DNA of 64,000 bases from positions 164,927,741 through 164,991,740 of the forward strand of contig CM041465.1 in NCBI GenBank assembly GCA_023213395.1, written 5' to 3'. Below, one piece after another: positions 1 through 12,450 of the stretch. Positions within the stretch are counted from its first letter, which is position 1. Each line of letters begins with the position of its first letter. The stretch comes from Cycas panzhihuaensis (lineage: Eukaryota > Plantae > Cycadophyta). A program made the translations under genes and the position numbers. The notes under the pieces were generated by a model, which was not told where the DNA came from, made no database searches, and was given only the letters and a program-made list of their open reading frames with translations.

Positions 1-1345
1 ATCAATCCTTGCCGATAATAGTTCGTGGAGACATGAGTTGCCCAACAAAAGGTATGGATAATGTTATCCTGGTTTGTGTTGACAAGTTGATAGGAAGAAT
101 TCAATTGGTGACAGGTCATACAGTAATTTGCATGTATTGGAAAATATCCATGATCTTCCTCAACTCAGTTACATTCTCCACTCTCATCTTTGAGAAGACC
201 AAAATTATAACAGCATATCCTAGAACGGCGCTAGGAAGTTGCTGTCAAAGGAACATAAGGAGGATATCATGTCACCAGGATCTTGCTTATCGAAATCATA
301 TTTCCTTTTGGATAAGTTACATGATTATGAAAGTCAATCAGATTGAAATAATGATCCATGTATGTATATCCATAATCAGGAATCATATGCGTGTGAGTAT
401 CATAGAAATACTCATTATACTTAGTTCATGGAATTCCTTGAGCGACACAGAGAAAGCAAGGTACATCACAGTTACAGTGAACTCTACTCAATAAATCCAT
501 TGCTTCAGGGGAGGATAGTGATGATATCTCATTGCTACATTTGGATAACGATGATATTGCTAATATCTATTTTTTTGGTCACTCACCCCCTAAAGAAAAT
601 GGAAGTAAGCAGTGATAGATGTCTTTGATGAGTACATGCAGATCATGTGCAATTAGCCATCATCCACCACTTGTTTAGCATGTCAAAGGATTCTCAACTA
701 TGTATGAAGCTGAAAGAAGCAAAGCTCGAAGATCGTCAGTTCAAAGGACAGATTCAGAAAGGACACTACAAGGTTGAAAACCAAGACCATGCCCAAGACA
801 TGGTGTTCAAAACCTTTCCAAGATCAAGGCGGTGGAGATTCAAAGAAGACAAAGTGCATTAGAGTCTGTTGATAGTCATGTCAGCCTTGTCATGTTGTCT
901 TTAATGTCTATAGTCTCAAATTCATGTCAAGTGTCAATGTATGTCAAATTGTCATTTGTTCAAACATTAAACATTAAGGGGAGGTGTTAGAAATAATGTT
1001 TAATGTGTGTGGGTCCTAGAATGATAAGTGATAGTCCTAAGTCTTAGGGTCAAAAGGTCATTATAATACTATGTAAAAGGATATAAGTTTATTGGTCAAG
1101 TTTGTGGTGTAATGCTATTGGTCAGGACAAAGGTATTTGTCCCACATGCATTACTTGGGATGTATTGTCTCCCACCTCTTTGGTATATAAAGGTGGTTGA
1201 GGTAGTATGTAATCACATCACATCAAGGCTCACCTTGAGTCCTTGGTGCTTTTGGTATATTAATACATTCTGATTATATTGTGTGATTCTCTGGATGTTG
1301 ATATTGTTCTTATAGTTGAATGTTCTCCATGTTAAAATCTCAACA
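1..1345 (+). mobile_element. Element D: 3' part of a non-autonomous Copia-derived LTR element (novel-module ORF, RNase H-like tail, PPT, 3' LTR 985-1345), inserted into the RT of another Copia
   Basis: PPT AACATTAAGGGGAGG abuts TGTTAG...CTCAACA (985-1345). The LTR shares blocks with element B LTRs (TTGTCCCACATGCATTACTT, GTATATAAAGGTGGT.GAGGTAGT, CCATGTTAAAATCT). Copia RT resumes at 1346 ([15 protein letters not shown]). Confidence 0.85.
9..494 (+). CDS. Element D ORF segment: unknown hydrophobic module X, homologous to 56336-56790
   Basis: Manual alignment with the 56195-56995 ORF gives about 71/150 identical residues (GHTVICMYW, IFE..KI.TAY, FW..Y.IMK). Both copies are stop-free. Confidence 0.7.
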   Translation: MPIIVRGDMSCPTKGMDNVILVCVDKLIGRIQLVTGHTVICMYWKISMIFLNSVTFSTLIFEKTKIITAYPRTALGSCCQRNIRRISCHQDLAYRNHISFWISYMIMKVNQIEIMIHVCISIIRNHMRVSIIEILIILSSWNSLSDTEKARYITVTVNSTQ

Positions 1346-3159
1346 TTTTGGCCTTAGCTGCTTAATGCAAGTGGCTAATCTACCAGATGGATGTGAATAG
1401 CGCCTTTCTCAACAATGATCTTCAAGAGGAGGTATATTTGGAGCAACCTCCTAGTTACATTGTACAAGGCAAAGAGCATTTGGTTTATCACCTCAAGAAG
1501 GCTTTGTATGGTTTAAAACAGGCCCCTAGAGCATGGTACTCAAAAATCAATGATTATTTTTTGAGAGATGGATATTATTGATTCACATCAAATCCTAACT
1601 TGTATATAAAAGTTAGGGAGAACCATGTAGTCTTTGTTGTCTTGTATGTTGATGACTTAGTGATCACTAGAAATGACACTAAGATGATAGAAATTCTCCA
1701 AGGTGATCTTAAGAGGAGTTTTGAGATGACCGATCTTAGACTTCTCCATTATTTCTTAAGCTTTGAGGTATGGCAACAACCAAGTCATATCTTCATTTCC
1801 CAAGCAAAATATTCTTGGAACATTTTGCAGTGCTTCATAATGGAGGACTGCAAACCAACACCTACACCTATGGAGAATGGCACTAAATTAACAATTGATG
1901 AGGAAGCAAAACCAAAAGATCCACTTTGTACTGGCAACTAGTTGATAGCCTAATCTACCTCACCAATACTAGACCGAACATTTCATTTGCAGTTCGATTT
2001 GTTCAAGGTACATGTCTCAGCCTAATTAGAGACATTAGAATGTAGCAAAGTGTGTATCGAGATACATCAAAGGCACATCGCAGCATGGCCTTCAGTATAC
2101 TCATAATAAGAACTTCATCTTAAAGGGGTTCTCAAATTCTGATTGGGTAGGTTGCTAAGATAGCCGCATATTAACCTCGAGATATTGTTTCACCCTTGGT
2201 TCAAGAGTCATTTCATGGAGTTGCAAGAAGCAACCCAATGTTACCTTGTCATCCACGGAAGTAGAGTGCAAAGTTGCAATCAGCACAACTTGTGAGGCTA
2301 TTTGGCTTAGGAGGATTCTTGAAAAGCTTGGACTTGAGCAGGATCACCCCACCAGACTATATTGCGACAATCAAAGCATTCTCAAATTAACCCAGAATTC
2401 AGTTTTCCATGAACAGACCAAGCACATAGAGGTTCATCACCATTTTATTAGGGTGCATGTTCAGAATAGTGAGATCAACCTCTTTTTCAAACCCACAGAC
2501 CAACAGATTGCAGATCTCTTTGCCAAGCCACTTGGTAGAGAGAAGTTTGAGGAATTCAGAGATGGTCTTGGTGTCCGACTTGACATTGTAAACATTAAGG
2601 GAGGGTGTTAAACCTTTATGTTTACATGTTAAGTAATGTATTTTATATTATTTCATTATTATACTTTATATCAATGTAACTTATCACATAAGTGATAAAG
2701 TGCACACCCACATTCTTTCTAATCACATAACATTGTAACTTAAGGGTCAATGTACCCCTCATGCATCTTGACTCACATGAGAGCCCAAGGGACACTTGTC
2801 CTTCATGCAGTTGTCATATCTTGCATGTTTGACATTCATCAAACATGCAATCTCTCAAAGTCTCTTCTCATAATCTATATATTGAGACCAATTCTCATGT
2901 ATGTAGATATAAGAGTGTGTGTATTGTTATGTTGTTGGTTTGCTAATCAAATATTCTTTTTTATTTGGAGATTGTATCAATTCCTTCTCCTCCATATTGG
3001 CGTCCTTATGCTTGTGATCTCTATGCTCATGCTTGCTCATAGTGTTTATCTCCATACTCGTTCTCATAGATGCTAATCATTTTTATTCTCATAGTATTTT
3101 CTGCTCTCTTTTAGATCCTTAAGGCCTTTGGCTTAATACCCGTTCAAAATTTTCTTACA
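1346..3159 (+). mobile_element. Degenerate Copia E1: RT-RNase H, PPT and 3' LTR (2606-~3159)
   Basis: [22 protein letters not shown] and terminal NIKGGC* motifs with stops. PPT GGGAGGG is followed by TGTTAA. LTR end is approximate. Confidence 0.85.
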
Positions 3160-5789
3160 TCATAAACTTTCCATCAAGTGCAAGATTTCAAGATTTCATT
3201 AAGGATTGTTGAAGATATGAGAAAATTTGTGATTTAAACCCTAGCCGCCCTTTTTTTATTTCAAGTAATTTTTCTCCCAGTTAAAACTTTTTTTCAAAAT
3301 CTAACATCAAATCATTGTACATGAAGTTAATACCTAAATTTTGAGGGGGTTATTTTAAGGTCTTGTACGCCTATACATTTTCTATACATCCATATGGATT
3401 TAGACTATCACAATCATCCAAAAATCAAAATCTGCATTTTTTCTTTTTGAGCACTAAAAATGGCCTCACTTTATTCTTTGGGAGAATCAGATAAGCTAAT
3501 AGGCCAGAATTCTGCTACCTAGAAAATTAAAATAGATGGGATTTTAATTGCCAAGAATACATGGGATATCGTTACTGAAAAAGAAAAGAAACCAACTACT
3601 GATGGTGCAAAAATAGTCAGTTAAGAAGAAAGGGATAGACAAGCTCTAGCTATAGTTACCTTATCCATAAGTGATTCAATCCTAACATATATCAGTGAAG
3701 CCACTTCCTCACTAGAAGCCTAGAAAGCTTTTGCCTCACTTTATAGCCAAAAGAATGAAGCTCATATTATCACTCTGAGAGAACAACTTTATTAGCTTCA
3801 CTTATGAAAGGGCGAACAAGTTACAGACTTTACTACCAAATTGGTAGGAATTAAAGACAATCTAGCCTCTACAAGTGGATCAATATCAAATACTGATATT
3901 GTTTCCCTAACACTTAAGAAATTAGCAAAATTTTTTGATAATTTGGTAAACACTCTTATTGTTGGAGGGCAAACTAGAACCATGTCATTTGATACCTTAT
4001 GCGGTCATCTTCTTCAACAAGAGCAACAAATCCATAGATATGAAGAGGACATAGAAGTCAAAGAAACCTTTGTCTCAAAGCTCAGGATCAGTGATCGAGG
4101 AAGAGGTACAAGAGGAAGATCAATTGATACAAGAATTGGTAGAGGGAGATTTAATAGAGGATCAGGCAAAGGAAGATCATCAAATACATAGGTATGCTAT
4201 CATTGCGAAAGAACTAGTTATATTGCAGTAGAATATAGGACAACAAAAAGACATCCTTGCTATTATTGTGGCAGGTATAGACATCTCTTGAGCAACTGTT
4301 TTTATAAAAGAGTTGACATTTCAAAAGGAAAGCATGTTGAAGGCAACTATAGTAAAGAACAACCCAAGGATGAAGATGAATAAGAGATTGCCTTTGTTGC
4401 TACCCTAGTCTCATGCGCTCGATACAGTGAGTATTGGTTTGTTGACTCCAACGCCTCAAATCACATGACTAGGAAAGAAGATTGGTTCGAAACCCTGCAG
4501 CCATATCCGACAAACAAAACTGTAGAGTTGGGTGATGATTATTCTTTGAAAATTAAAGGCAAGGAAACCATAGCAATTCAAATCAAGCAAGATGTCAAGA
4601 AAATTCGCAATGTTTTGTTTATTCCAGGTTTGACTAAACATCTTCTTTCTGTATCACAATTAAGAAAGGAGAAACATCAGGTAATTTTTCATGAAGATGG
4701 AAAATGTTATATTCTTGATATTAAAAAAGGAGGAAAAATCATTGCTTAAGGAATAGAAACTGACAATCTTTATAAGTTAGTTTCTATTCCTATTATCTCT
4801 TCTATAAAAACTCTTGTTGTTCAGACTAATGATAATGAAATCTGGCATTCTTGCTATGGACACATTGCAGATGATAGATTAAAAATGCTAAAAAATCTTG
4901 ATATGGTTGATGGATTGCCTACTAATTTCACAATAAATTCCTCTGTCTGTAAAAGCTGCATGTTAAGCAATAACATATAATGTCTTCCCAGGAACATAAC
5001 TGGAGATTGAAAGAAAAATTGGAATTGGTTCACAGTGATATATGTAGACCAATCACATCGAACTCTGTAAATGGTGCTAGGTACTTTATTACTTTTATAG
5101 ATGACTTCACCAGAAAAGCTTGGGTGTTTTTCATCTTCAATAAATCTGAAGCTTTTGATTGCTTTCAAGAATTTAAAGCTCAAGTTGAGCTAGAAATTGG
5201 GCACAGAATAAAAATTCTTAGAAGAGATGGAGGTCGAGAATATGTTTCAAATGAATTTTCAATTTTTTGTAAAATTCATAGTATTCTCAGATAAATCACT
5301 ACTCCATACACACCACAATCAAATGGAATAGTTGAAAGACTACACAGAGCTATAACAAAAATGGCTCGTTGCATGATAAAGAAGAAAGATGCCTCAAATA
5401 TATATTGGGTTGAAGCAGTTAATATTGTTGTTTATTTAATAAACATATGTCCTACAAAGGTGCTTGACAAAGTCATTTGAGAGAAAGCATGGACAGGTCG
5501 AAGACTAGACGTAATTCATCTAAGAACCTTTAGAAGAATTGCTTATGTGCATATTCCAACTCAAAAAAGAGCAAAATTAGATGATAAAAGCATTGAATGC
5601 ATTATGGACGAATATAGTACAAAATCAAAAGCCTATTATTGCATAGATGTGAAAATAAAGAAAATCTATGTAAGTGGAGATGTAACCATTGATGAAAGTA
5701 TCTCAATCAATAAAGATACTACCTGTTCTAAAAAAGGCATAATATTGGAGGAAAATGCAGAAACTACTAATAAAAATAGTCCAACTGAG

Positions 5790-5875
5790 GAAGAATCAAC
5801 TTCTCAGGAAGACACAAAAGAATCAACTTCTCAAGAAGACACATAAGAATCAACTTCTCAAGAAGACACAGAAGA
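5790..5875 (+). repeat. 27-bp tandem repeat x3 (EESTSQEDT) in the E2 INT-RT linker
   Basis: AGAATCAACTTCTCA(G/A)GAAGACACA occurs three times. Confidence 0.9.
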
Positions 5876-6098
5876 ATAAAAAACATTGCTTGAAGAAGAA
5901 AGACAGGAGAATATCTTAGAAAAAAGATTACCTAAGTGGTATCTAAAAACGGTTGAAGAATCAAAAGGAGATGTGTTTGAGCACAAAACAAAATCTCAAA
6001 GGCATCAAGCTTTGGCCTGTTCAATAGAACCTCAAAGTTTTGAAGACGCCTATCAAAAAATAGAATGGCAAGAAGTCATGAACAAAGAAATTGAATTA

Positions 6099-6614
6099 TG
6101 TATGCTGGCCAATCTACTTCATCTTGATTCATAAAAGAATTCACAGTAGAATAGATAGCACAAGACACAGAATTGAGCATGTAAACCAAACTTCATTATT
6201 ATGAAGGCCCTGCATCTGGTCCTCTCACAACCAGACACAGGCCGGAGCAATGTACAACAAAAGGCGTGTAGTGCAGATGGTCAACAGAAAGAACAAGAGA
6301 GATTCCCAAATCTACACACACATCCTGATGCAAGATGTCGCTATTTCACTTAGTCATTTTAGTTACATTATACATTTGATTATAACTACCATCTATTATA
6401 TAACAGTTTAAACTATTAGCAGCTAATCTCCGCCATTAGATTATCATTTACATCATAATTAAATTATCAAAATGTGAATTGGTCGCAGCTGGCCACACCC
6501 TTGCCTGCAGTCGGTCGCACCGTTGGTCACAACTAGTCGCACCTGGTCATAGTTGGTCACACTTGGTATGACCGACTACTATCAAAATAGTATGTTCCTT
6601 TCTACTCGCACACA
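6099..6614. mobile_element. Solo LTR inserted in E2 pol
   Basis: TG...CA ends with TSD AATTA/AATTC. Removing it restores EIEFINQNNTWE. Its reverse complement matches part of 34842-35472. Confidence 0.8.
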
Positions 6615-8339
6615 AATTCATAAACCAAAACAACACTTGGGAATTGGTTTCTCTGCCAAAAGATAAATTTGTTGTAGGTTGCAAATGGGTATATAGAATA
6701 AAAGAAAAGCTAGATGGAAGTATTAAAAAGCATAAAACTCGACTTATAGCAAAAGGATATACTCAGACAACAAACATTGACTATGAAGAAACGTTTGCTC
6801 TTATGGCAAAGGTAATAACTATCCACATAGTTATAGTAATGGCAGCCCAACATGGATGGGAACTTGTGCAATTAGATGTAAAAAGTGCCTTTCTAAATGG
6901 TGATATCAGTGAATAAGTCTATATGGAACAACCACTTGGATATATAAAGAAAGGAGAAGAACAACTGGTCTACAGATTAAAAAAGGCATTGTATGGCCTA
7001 AAACAAGCACCTAGAGCTTGGTATGCTAAATTGGATCATAATCTTTGAAAAATTGGTTTTAATAGATGTGAAGTTGATCCAAGTCTTTACATATAAAAAC
7101 AAAAAGACTTGATCACCATAATTGTGACATATGTAAAATTGTCACAGGCGATAATCAAGAAACCATCAGCTAGGTGAAAACACAAATGAAAAATGACTAA
7201 CATGGATGCACTTCACTATTATCTTGCCATAGGAATTAAACAAGCAGAGAGTGGGATCTTTATCTCACAAACCAAGTATGCCAAGAATCTTTTAAAAAGG
7301 TTCAATATGGAAGAATACAATCCATGGGCTACACCTATGGAAGTAGGTTGTGTTCTAAATGCTAGTGAAGACAAATATTAGGAGGCAAATGAAACTCTCT
7401 TAAAAAAACTAGTTGGAAGTCTCATTTACTTAACAACTGCTAGACCAAACATATCTTTCTCTATTGGAGTCATCTCCAAATTCATGTACAATCCAAAAAC
7501 CATTCATTAGAATCCTGCCAAGAGAATCTTAAGGTATATCAAAGGTACTTTGAATCTTGAACTATGATATGTCAAGGTAAATGAACCATGCTTAATTGGA
7601 TTCACTGACTCTAACTTGGCTTTAGAGTTTCAGGAACAAAAATCCACATTAGGATATTACTTCAATCTTGGAACAACCATGACATCATGGAGTAGCAAGA
7701 AACAACCAACAATAGCCCTGTCCTCAACAGAAATGAAGTATAAAGTTGTAGTAAGTGCAACTTGTGAAGCTGTTTGGCTGAGATAGCTCTTGAATGATTT
7801 AAATCAAGGGTGTCAAAAAACAACTACAATCTATTGTGACAATCAAAGGGTGATCAAACTCACCAAAAATCTTGTCTTCCATGCAAGGACCAAACACAAA
7901 AATTCATCATCACTTCATCAAAGAAAAGGTCCAAAACAAAGAGATTGACTTACAATATTGCAGCAATGATCAACAAGTTACAGATATCTTCACAAAACCA
8001 CTGTTAAAAGATAAATTTTAGTATTTCATGGATCTGTTTGGAATGAAGAACAAAAGATAAAACATTAAGGGAGGGTGTTAGAATATTAATATTTTATCCT
8101 AAACTTTGTACTATAACATTCTTTATGTAAGTCGAGGGTTAGGTGTCATTGTCCCTCTTTTGTCTTAAGTCGACACTTGTTACATAAATTGACACTTGTC
8201 ATTCATATATAAATCAGTTATGTAAATTTGTTGTATATAAGAGAGATTACCCTCTCTCATCAATCAATGAAGAAAGATTCATTTTCATCATTTTTGGCTT
8301 GTTATCAAACATAGATGGGTACATAGAAATAACAAGGAA

Positions 8340-10053
8340 AGACTTCAAGAGAGTTCTGTGGAAAAATATAACTCTTGTATTACACTCCAAGGATATAAAC
8401 ATGGTTGGCTAGAAATACCTTACTCTTATAATCTTATGAGTTATGATTTCAGTTGCAAAATGGCCTTCACACAAGCCTTCATGGAATTCATCAAGTATCA
8501 ATGTTGCCTCTTCCTTTTTTAAGCATTTTAAAAGAATATCATCATATCCTTTCCTATACAAATGTCCTTCAATCAAGGCATATGGTTTAGATTTTAATTT
8601 TAAGGATGGCCTTCCCCTTTTGTTTAGGGACTTGGGCAAAAGCCATTCTTGAGGTAGAAGATTATATTTTACAAGAAAAGGTTGAATTCAATAGAATCAT
8701 CAACTCCTTATGCCAAAGTTAAATCACTTGCTTCATATTTTGTTTTTCCTATTCCTCTCCAACTTGCATAAGTTTCTCTATTTCACTTTCTAAAAATTAA
8801 TCGACAAAGACCTTGTCCCTTCATCATCTTGGTTGGTTTGACCTCTAGATCAAATTCTTGGATTTTGGCCAACCATTTAACCCATCTTCTTGTTGGCTCT
8901 ACTTCTTTTAGCATCATTTTAACTAGGGATTGGAATATGTAGGCCATGGTATGATTATGAATAATATAAGGCTTAAAGTCTTCAATTGCTTTCATCAGAG
9001 CGCATGCTTGATTTTCTGTAGTGCTATACCTCAACTAATAATCTTTAAGAGATCTTCTTAGAAATGACACCAATCTTTCTTTTCCTTCATCATCTTTCTG
9101 AACTAGCATAGCAACATAAGCACCTTCTAAGACATATGAATATATAATAAATTCTCTTTCAAAATTAGGGCTCACTAATGTAAGAACCCTAGCAATCCAA
9201 TCCTTGATTTGATGGAAGGCTTCTTTAGCCTCATTGGTCCATTTGAAGTTGACATCCTTGCATAGCAAGCCATTGATGAGCAAGGGTATCCTCACAAAAT
9301 CAAGAATGAATCTCCTCAAAAGGTTTATCCTTGTAAAAAAAGATTGAACCCCTTTTTTATTAGTTGGTAAGGACAAGTTCTTGATAGCTCTAATTGTATC
9401 TAAGTCAACATATGTTCATTTTTTGTCACTATGTGCCCTAAAAATTTTCCAACAATAACTCCAGGTACTATCTTCTTAGGATTTAGTGAAATCCTGTATT
9501 GCCATCATCTTTTGAATACTAACCTCAAATGTTCTATGTGACTTGCTCTTTTCTTGGAGAATACAATCATATCATCTAGATATATCACAATTATCACTTC
9601 AATCAAATCCTTGAAAGCATAGTCCATAGCTCTTTGAAATGTGACTCCTACATTAATCAATCCAAAGGGCATTTTTTCGTTTGCAAATGTCCCCAAGACT
9701 ATCATGAATGTTGTTTTATGCCTATCTTCTTCAACTACTGAAATTTGATTGTAGCTTGAAAAACCGTCTAATAAATACATAAATTCTAAGCCTATGACAA
9801 CATGAAGAATTTGTTCCATCCTTGGCAATGGATAGTTGTCCTTTATAGAGTCTTTATTTAAATTCCTAAAATCAACATAGAGCCAGATATTCGCATTCTT
9901 TTTCTACACAGGTACTAAGCTAGCTACCCATGTTGAAAATCTAACTAGAAAGATGATTCTTGCATCTCTAAGCTTTTGAAGTTCATTCCATATCAAATTT
10001 TAGATTTAGGGTTCATGACACTTCATTTTTATCTAAGAGGCTTTACTCTTGAT
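8340..10053 (-). mobile_element. Degenerate Gypsy (Tat/Athila-like) pol fragment: RT, RNase H, start of integrase
   Basis: LDGFSSYNQI, MPFGLINVGVTFQRAM, YLDD, YSTTENQ..AL..AI and LDEFHEGLCEGHF motifs. Confidence 0.85.
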
Positions 10054-12450
10054 TGTTAGAATGTAATGTTTAATCTAGGGTCTCTAGAGGAAGTTCGATG
10101 GTTGTAACCGAAGGACACATGTCATTATGTAATGTGTCGGTTACAAGGTAGTTCAAAGAGGGTTACAAACCCTAATTGTATATATACTCTTGTACTCTCA
10201 ATAATGATAATCAAGCATTCTTCATTCTTGATCTATCATTGAGGCATCCATCCAACATGGTATCAGAGCAGGATACTCTGCATGATTAAGAGAGGGTTTC
10301 TTTGAAATTATGAGAAGAAGATGAGTATAGCTTCAGTCAGGGCAAGCTGAAAAAGAAAGGAAAAAGCTTTAGGTGAAGACGGAAGCCAAGAAGGATCCAA
10401 ACAGATTAAAGGACCAATGAAGAAGAGAAATAGCAGAATCGTACAGACTGGTACGAAACCATACGGCTGTACAGACGGGAAAATTTCAAAATCTCAGAAT
10501 AAAGTGAAACTTGGCCAGAATATAGATCTCAACTTCCTCTTCGACTTTTTCTTTTGCATTAAAGGCATCTTGAAGGTCTTTTTCGAATTTTTACCAGTGC
10601 ATGGGTTTGAGGAGAAGGTACTCATTTTCTGGCAAAAATCTCTCAGATTTTCACTCAAAATACTTCTACAATCCTCTATAGATTATATTTGATCAATTTT
10701 GGGCAAGTTTCAAAGATTTTCTATGGAAGATTTTCTTGTTTTAAGCATTTTTGTGAAGAAACCCTGGTCGCCCGTCCTCCTTTTTGAGCCAGTTTTCTCC
10801 CATTTCAAAATTTGTTTTTAGAAAAGGACTACAAATCCTTACTCACCTCATCGAGACCTTCGATTTGAGGTACTTTTTTGTACCATCAGTACAAGTCAAG
10901 TGCCGTATGAAAATCCGTACAATTGTACGGCCTAGGATAGTTTGAACATTATTTTTCTCTCCAAGATGGCCTCATCTATCTTAGCCCTTTCTGATAGTGA
11001 TAAGCTCACTAACACCAACTACCATATTTGGAAAATAAAGATAGAGACACTTTTGAGTGCAAAAAATGCTTGGAGAATTGCAACAGGAGATGAAGCCAAA
11101 CCTAAGGATGCTAGGACTAATTTAACCAACTGGGAAGAACGGGATAGTACAGGGGTTATAGTACTGAAATTATCAATATTTGATCTTCTTCTTATAAATG
11201 TTGAAAATTTGTACTCCACTAGAAGTATTTGGAAATGCCTAGAGAACTTGTATGGACAATAAAACAAGGCCAAAATAATAGTCCCAAAAGAAGAACTGTT
11301 CAAACTCCACATGAAGGAGTCTAAAACCATCATTGATTTCTTGCATAAAGTGATTTCACTAAGAAATGATCTCTTTAGTATGGGTGCTCCAGTTACAAAT
11401 CAGGAGTTAGTAGAACTTATGGTCAGCAAATTACCCAAGTCGTTCAATGTGATAATAAATACCATCACCAATACTGATCAGATAGCAACAATGACAATGG
11501 ATACTCTGACAGGATTGCTGCTATGACAGGAGCAAAGGAACAGATGATATAAGGATACAGGAGAACTTGAGGATGCATTGGCCTCCAGACTAAAACTGGG
11601 ATCCAGAGGTTGAAGCAGAGGAAGATGAAGAACTCTTGAAGGTCGTGCTCCATCACGAGACCATTGGCAAGATGCAAGAGGATGAGGATGTAGTACTACT
11701 CCAAGAATCTGTTATAATTGCAGTAAGAATGGTCATTTTGCAAGTTCAGGTAGAGCTTTTGATATGTGTTATCATTGTGGCCAATCAGGACATTTTCCAT
11801 ACCAATGCCCAGTCAAGAGAGTAGACATTCAGAGAGGGAAGCGCCCAATGGAGAACTACAACAAGAAATAGACGGGTGATGACGATGAGGAGGAGGAGGA
11901 AGAGGAAACAACCTTCATCGTTGCACTTGCAGCAAGCCTCCAGGACAAGGACGTGTGGTACATTGACTCAGGAGTGTCACGCCACATGACCAGCCAAGAA
12001 GAATGGTTTGAAAGCTTGCAACCATACTCTTCAGACAAATCAGTGGAGTTAGGGGACAAATATCCCCTTAAAATAAAAGGAGTGGGGACCATAGCCGTCA
12101 AAATGGAGGACAAGATTGAAAAAATTGGAAATATACTCTTGGTTCCTGGTTTTAAAATGAACCTACTGTCTATCTCCCAACTTAGAAAAAAGGGGTTGCA
12201 TACTATTCATGATGAAAAAGGATTTTGTTATATCCTTTATATGAAAAATAATGACCATGTAATTGCAAAAGGGGCTAAAAGTAATGACCTATATGGGCTA
12301 CTTTTGCATCTTGTTTTGCCTGATGTAAAAGCACGTACTGCAGTGAGTCATAGTAATAAAATGTGGAATTTGAAGTATGGTCATCTTCCCATAGACAAAC
12401 TAAAGAATATGGAAAAAGAGGGTCTAGTAAAAAGTGGCTTATTGAGGATC
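10054..12450 (+). mobile_element. 5' half of a Copia: LTR 10054-10257, PBS-Met, gag-PR; truncated at ~12450
   Basis: TGTTAG...CCAACA followed by TGGTATCAGAGCAG. Gag NYHIWKIKIETLL and protease WYIDSGVSRHMT. Ends abruptly in the GAG-pre-integrase region. Confidence 0.9.

Larger units (their letters stand above)
3160..8311 (+). mobile_element. Degenerate Copia E2: gag-PR-INT-RT-RH, PPT and 3' LTR 8076-8311; 5' LTR not in window
   Basis: UBN2-like gag, CCHC knuckle remnants, WFVDS protease motif, LELVHSDIC integrase, RT motifs ([15 protein letters not shown]), many stops. PPT followed by TGTTAG...CAAACA. Confidence 0.9.

Noticed and set aside
9-494. Module X as a degenerate Gypsy integrase (ILVCVDKL resembles ILVVVDRL)
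   Set aside because: Spacing to any SDRD-like motif is wrong (~64 vs ~41 aa) and no HHCC or DDE pattern is present. An HMM search is still needed to exclude it fully.
2750-3076. Hydrophobic ORFs inside LTRs (also 13275-13730, 53484-53675, 57343-57642) as env-like genes
   Set aside because: They lie within AT-rich LTRs, have no recognisable motif and show no evidence of coding constraint.
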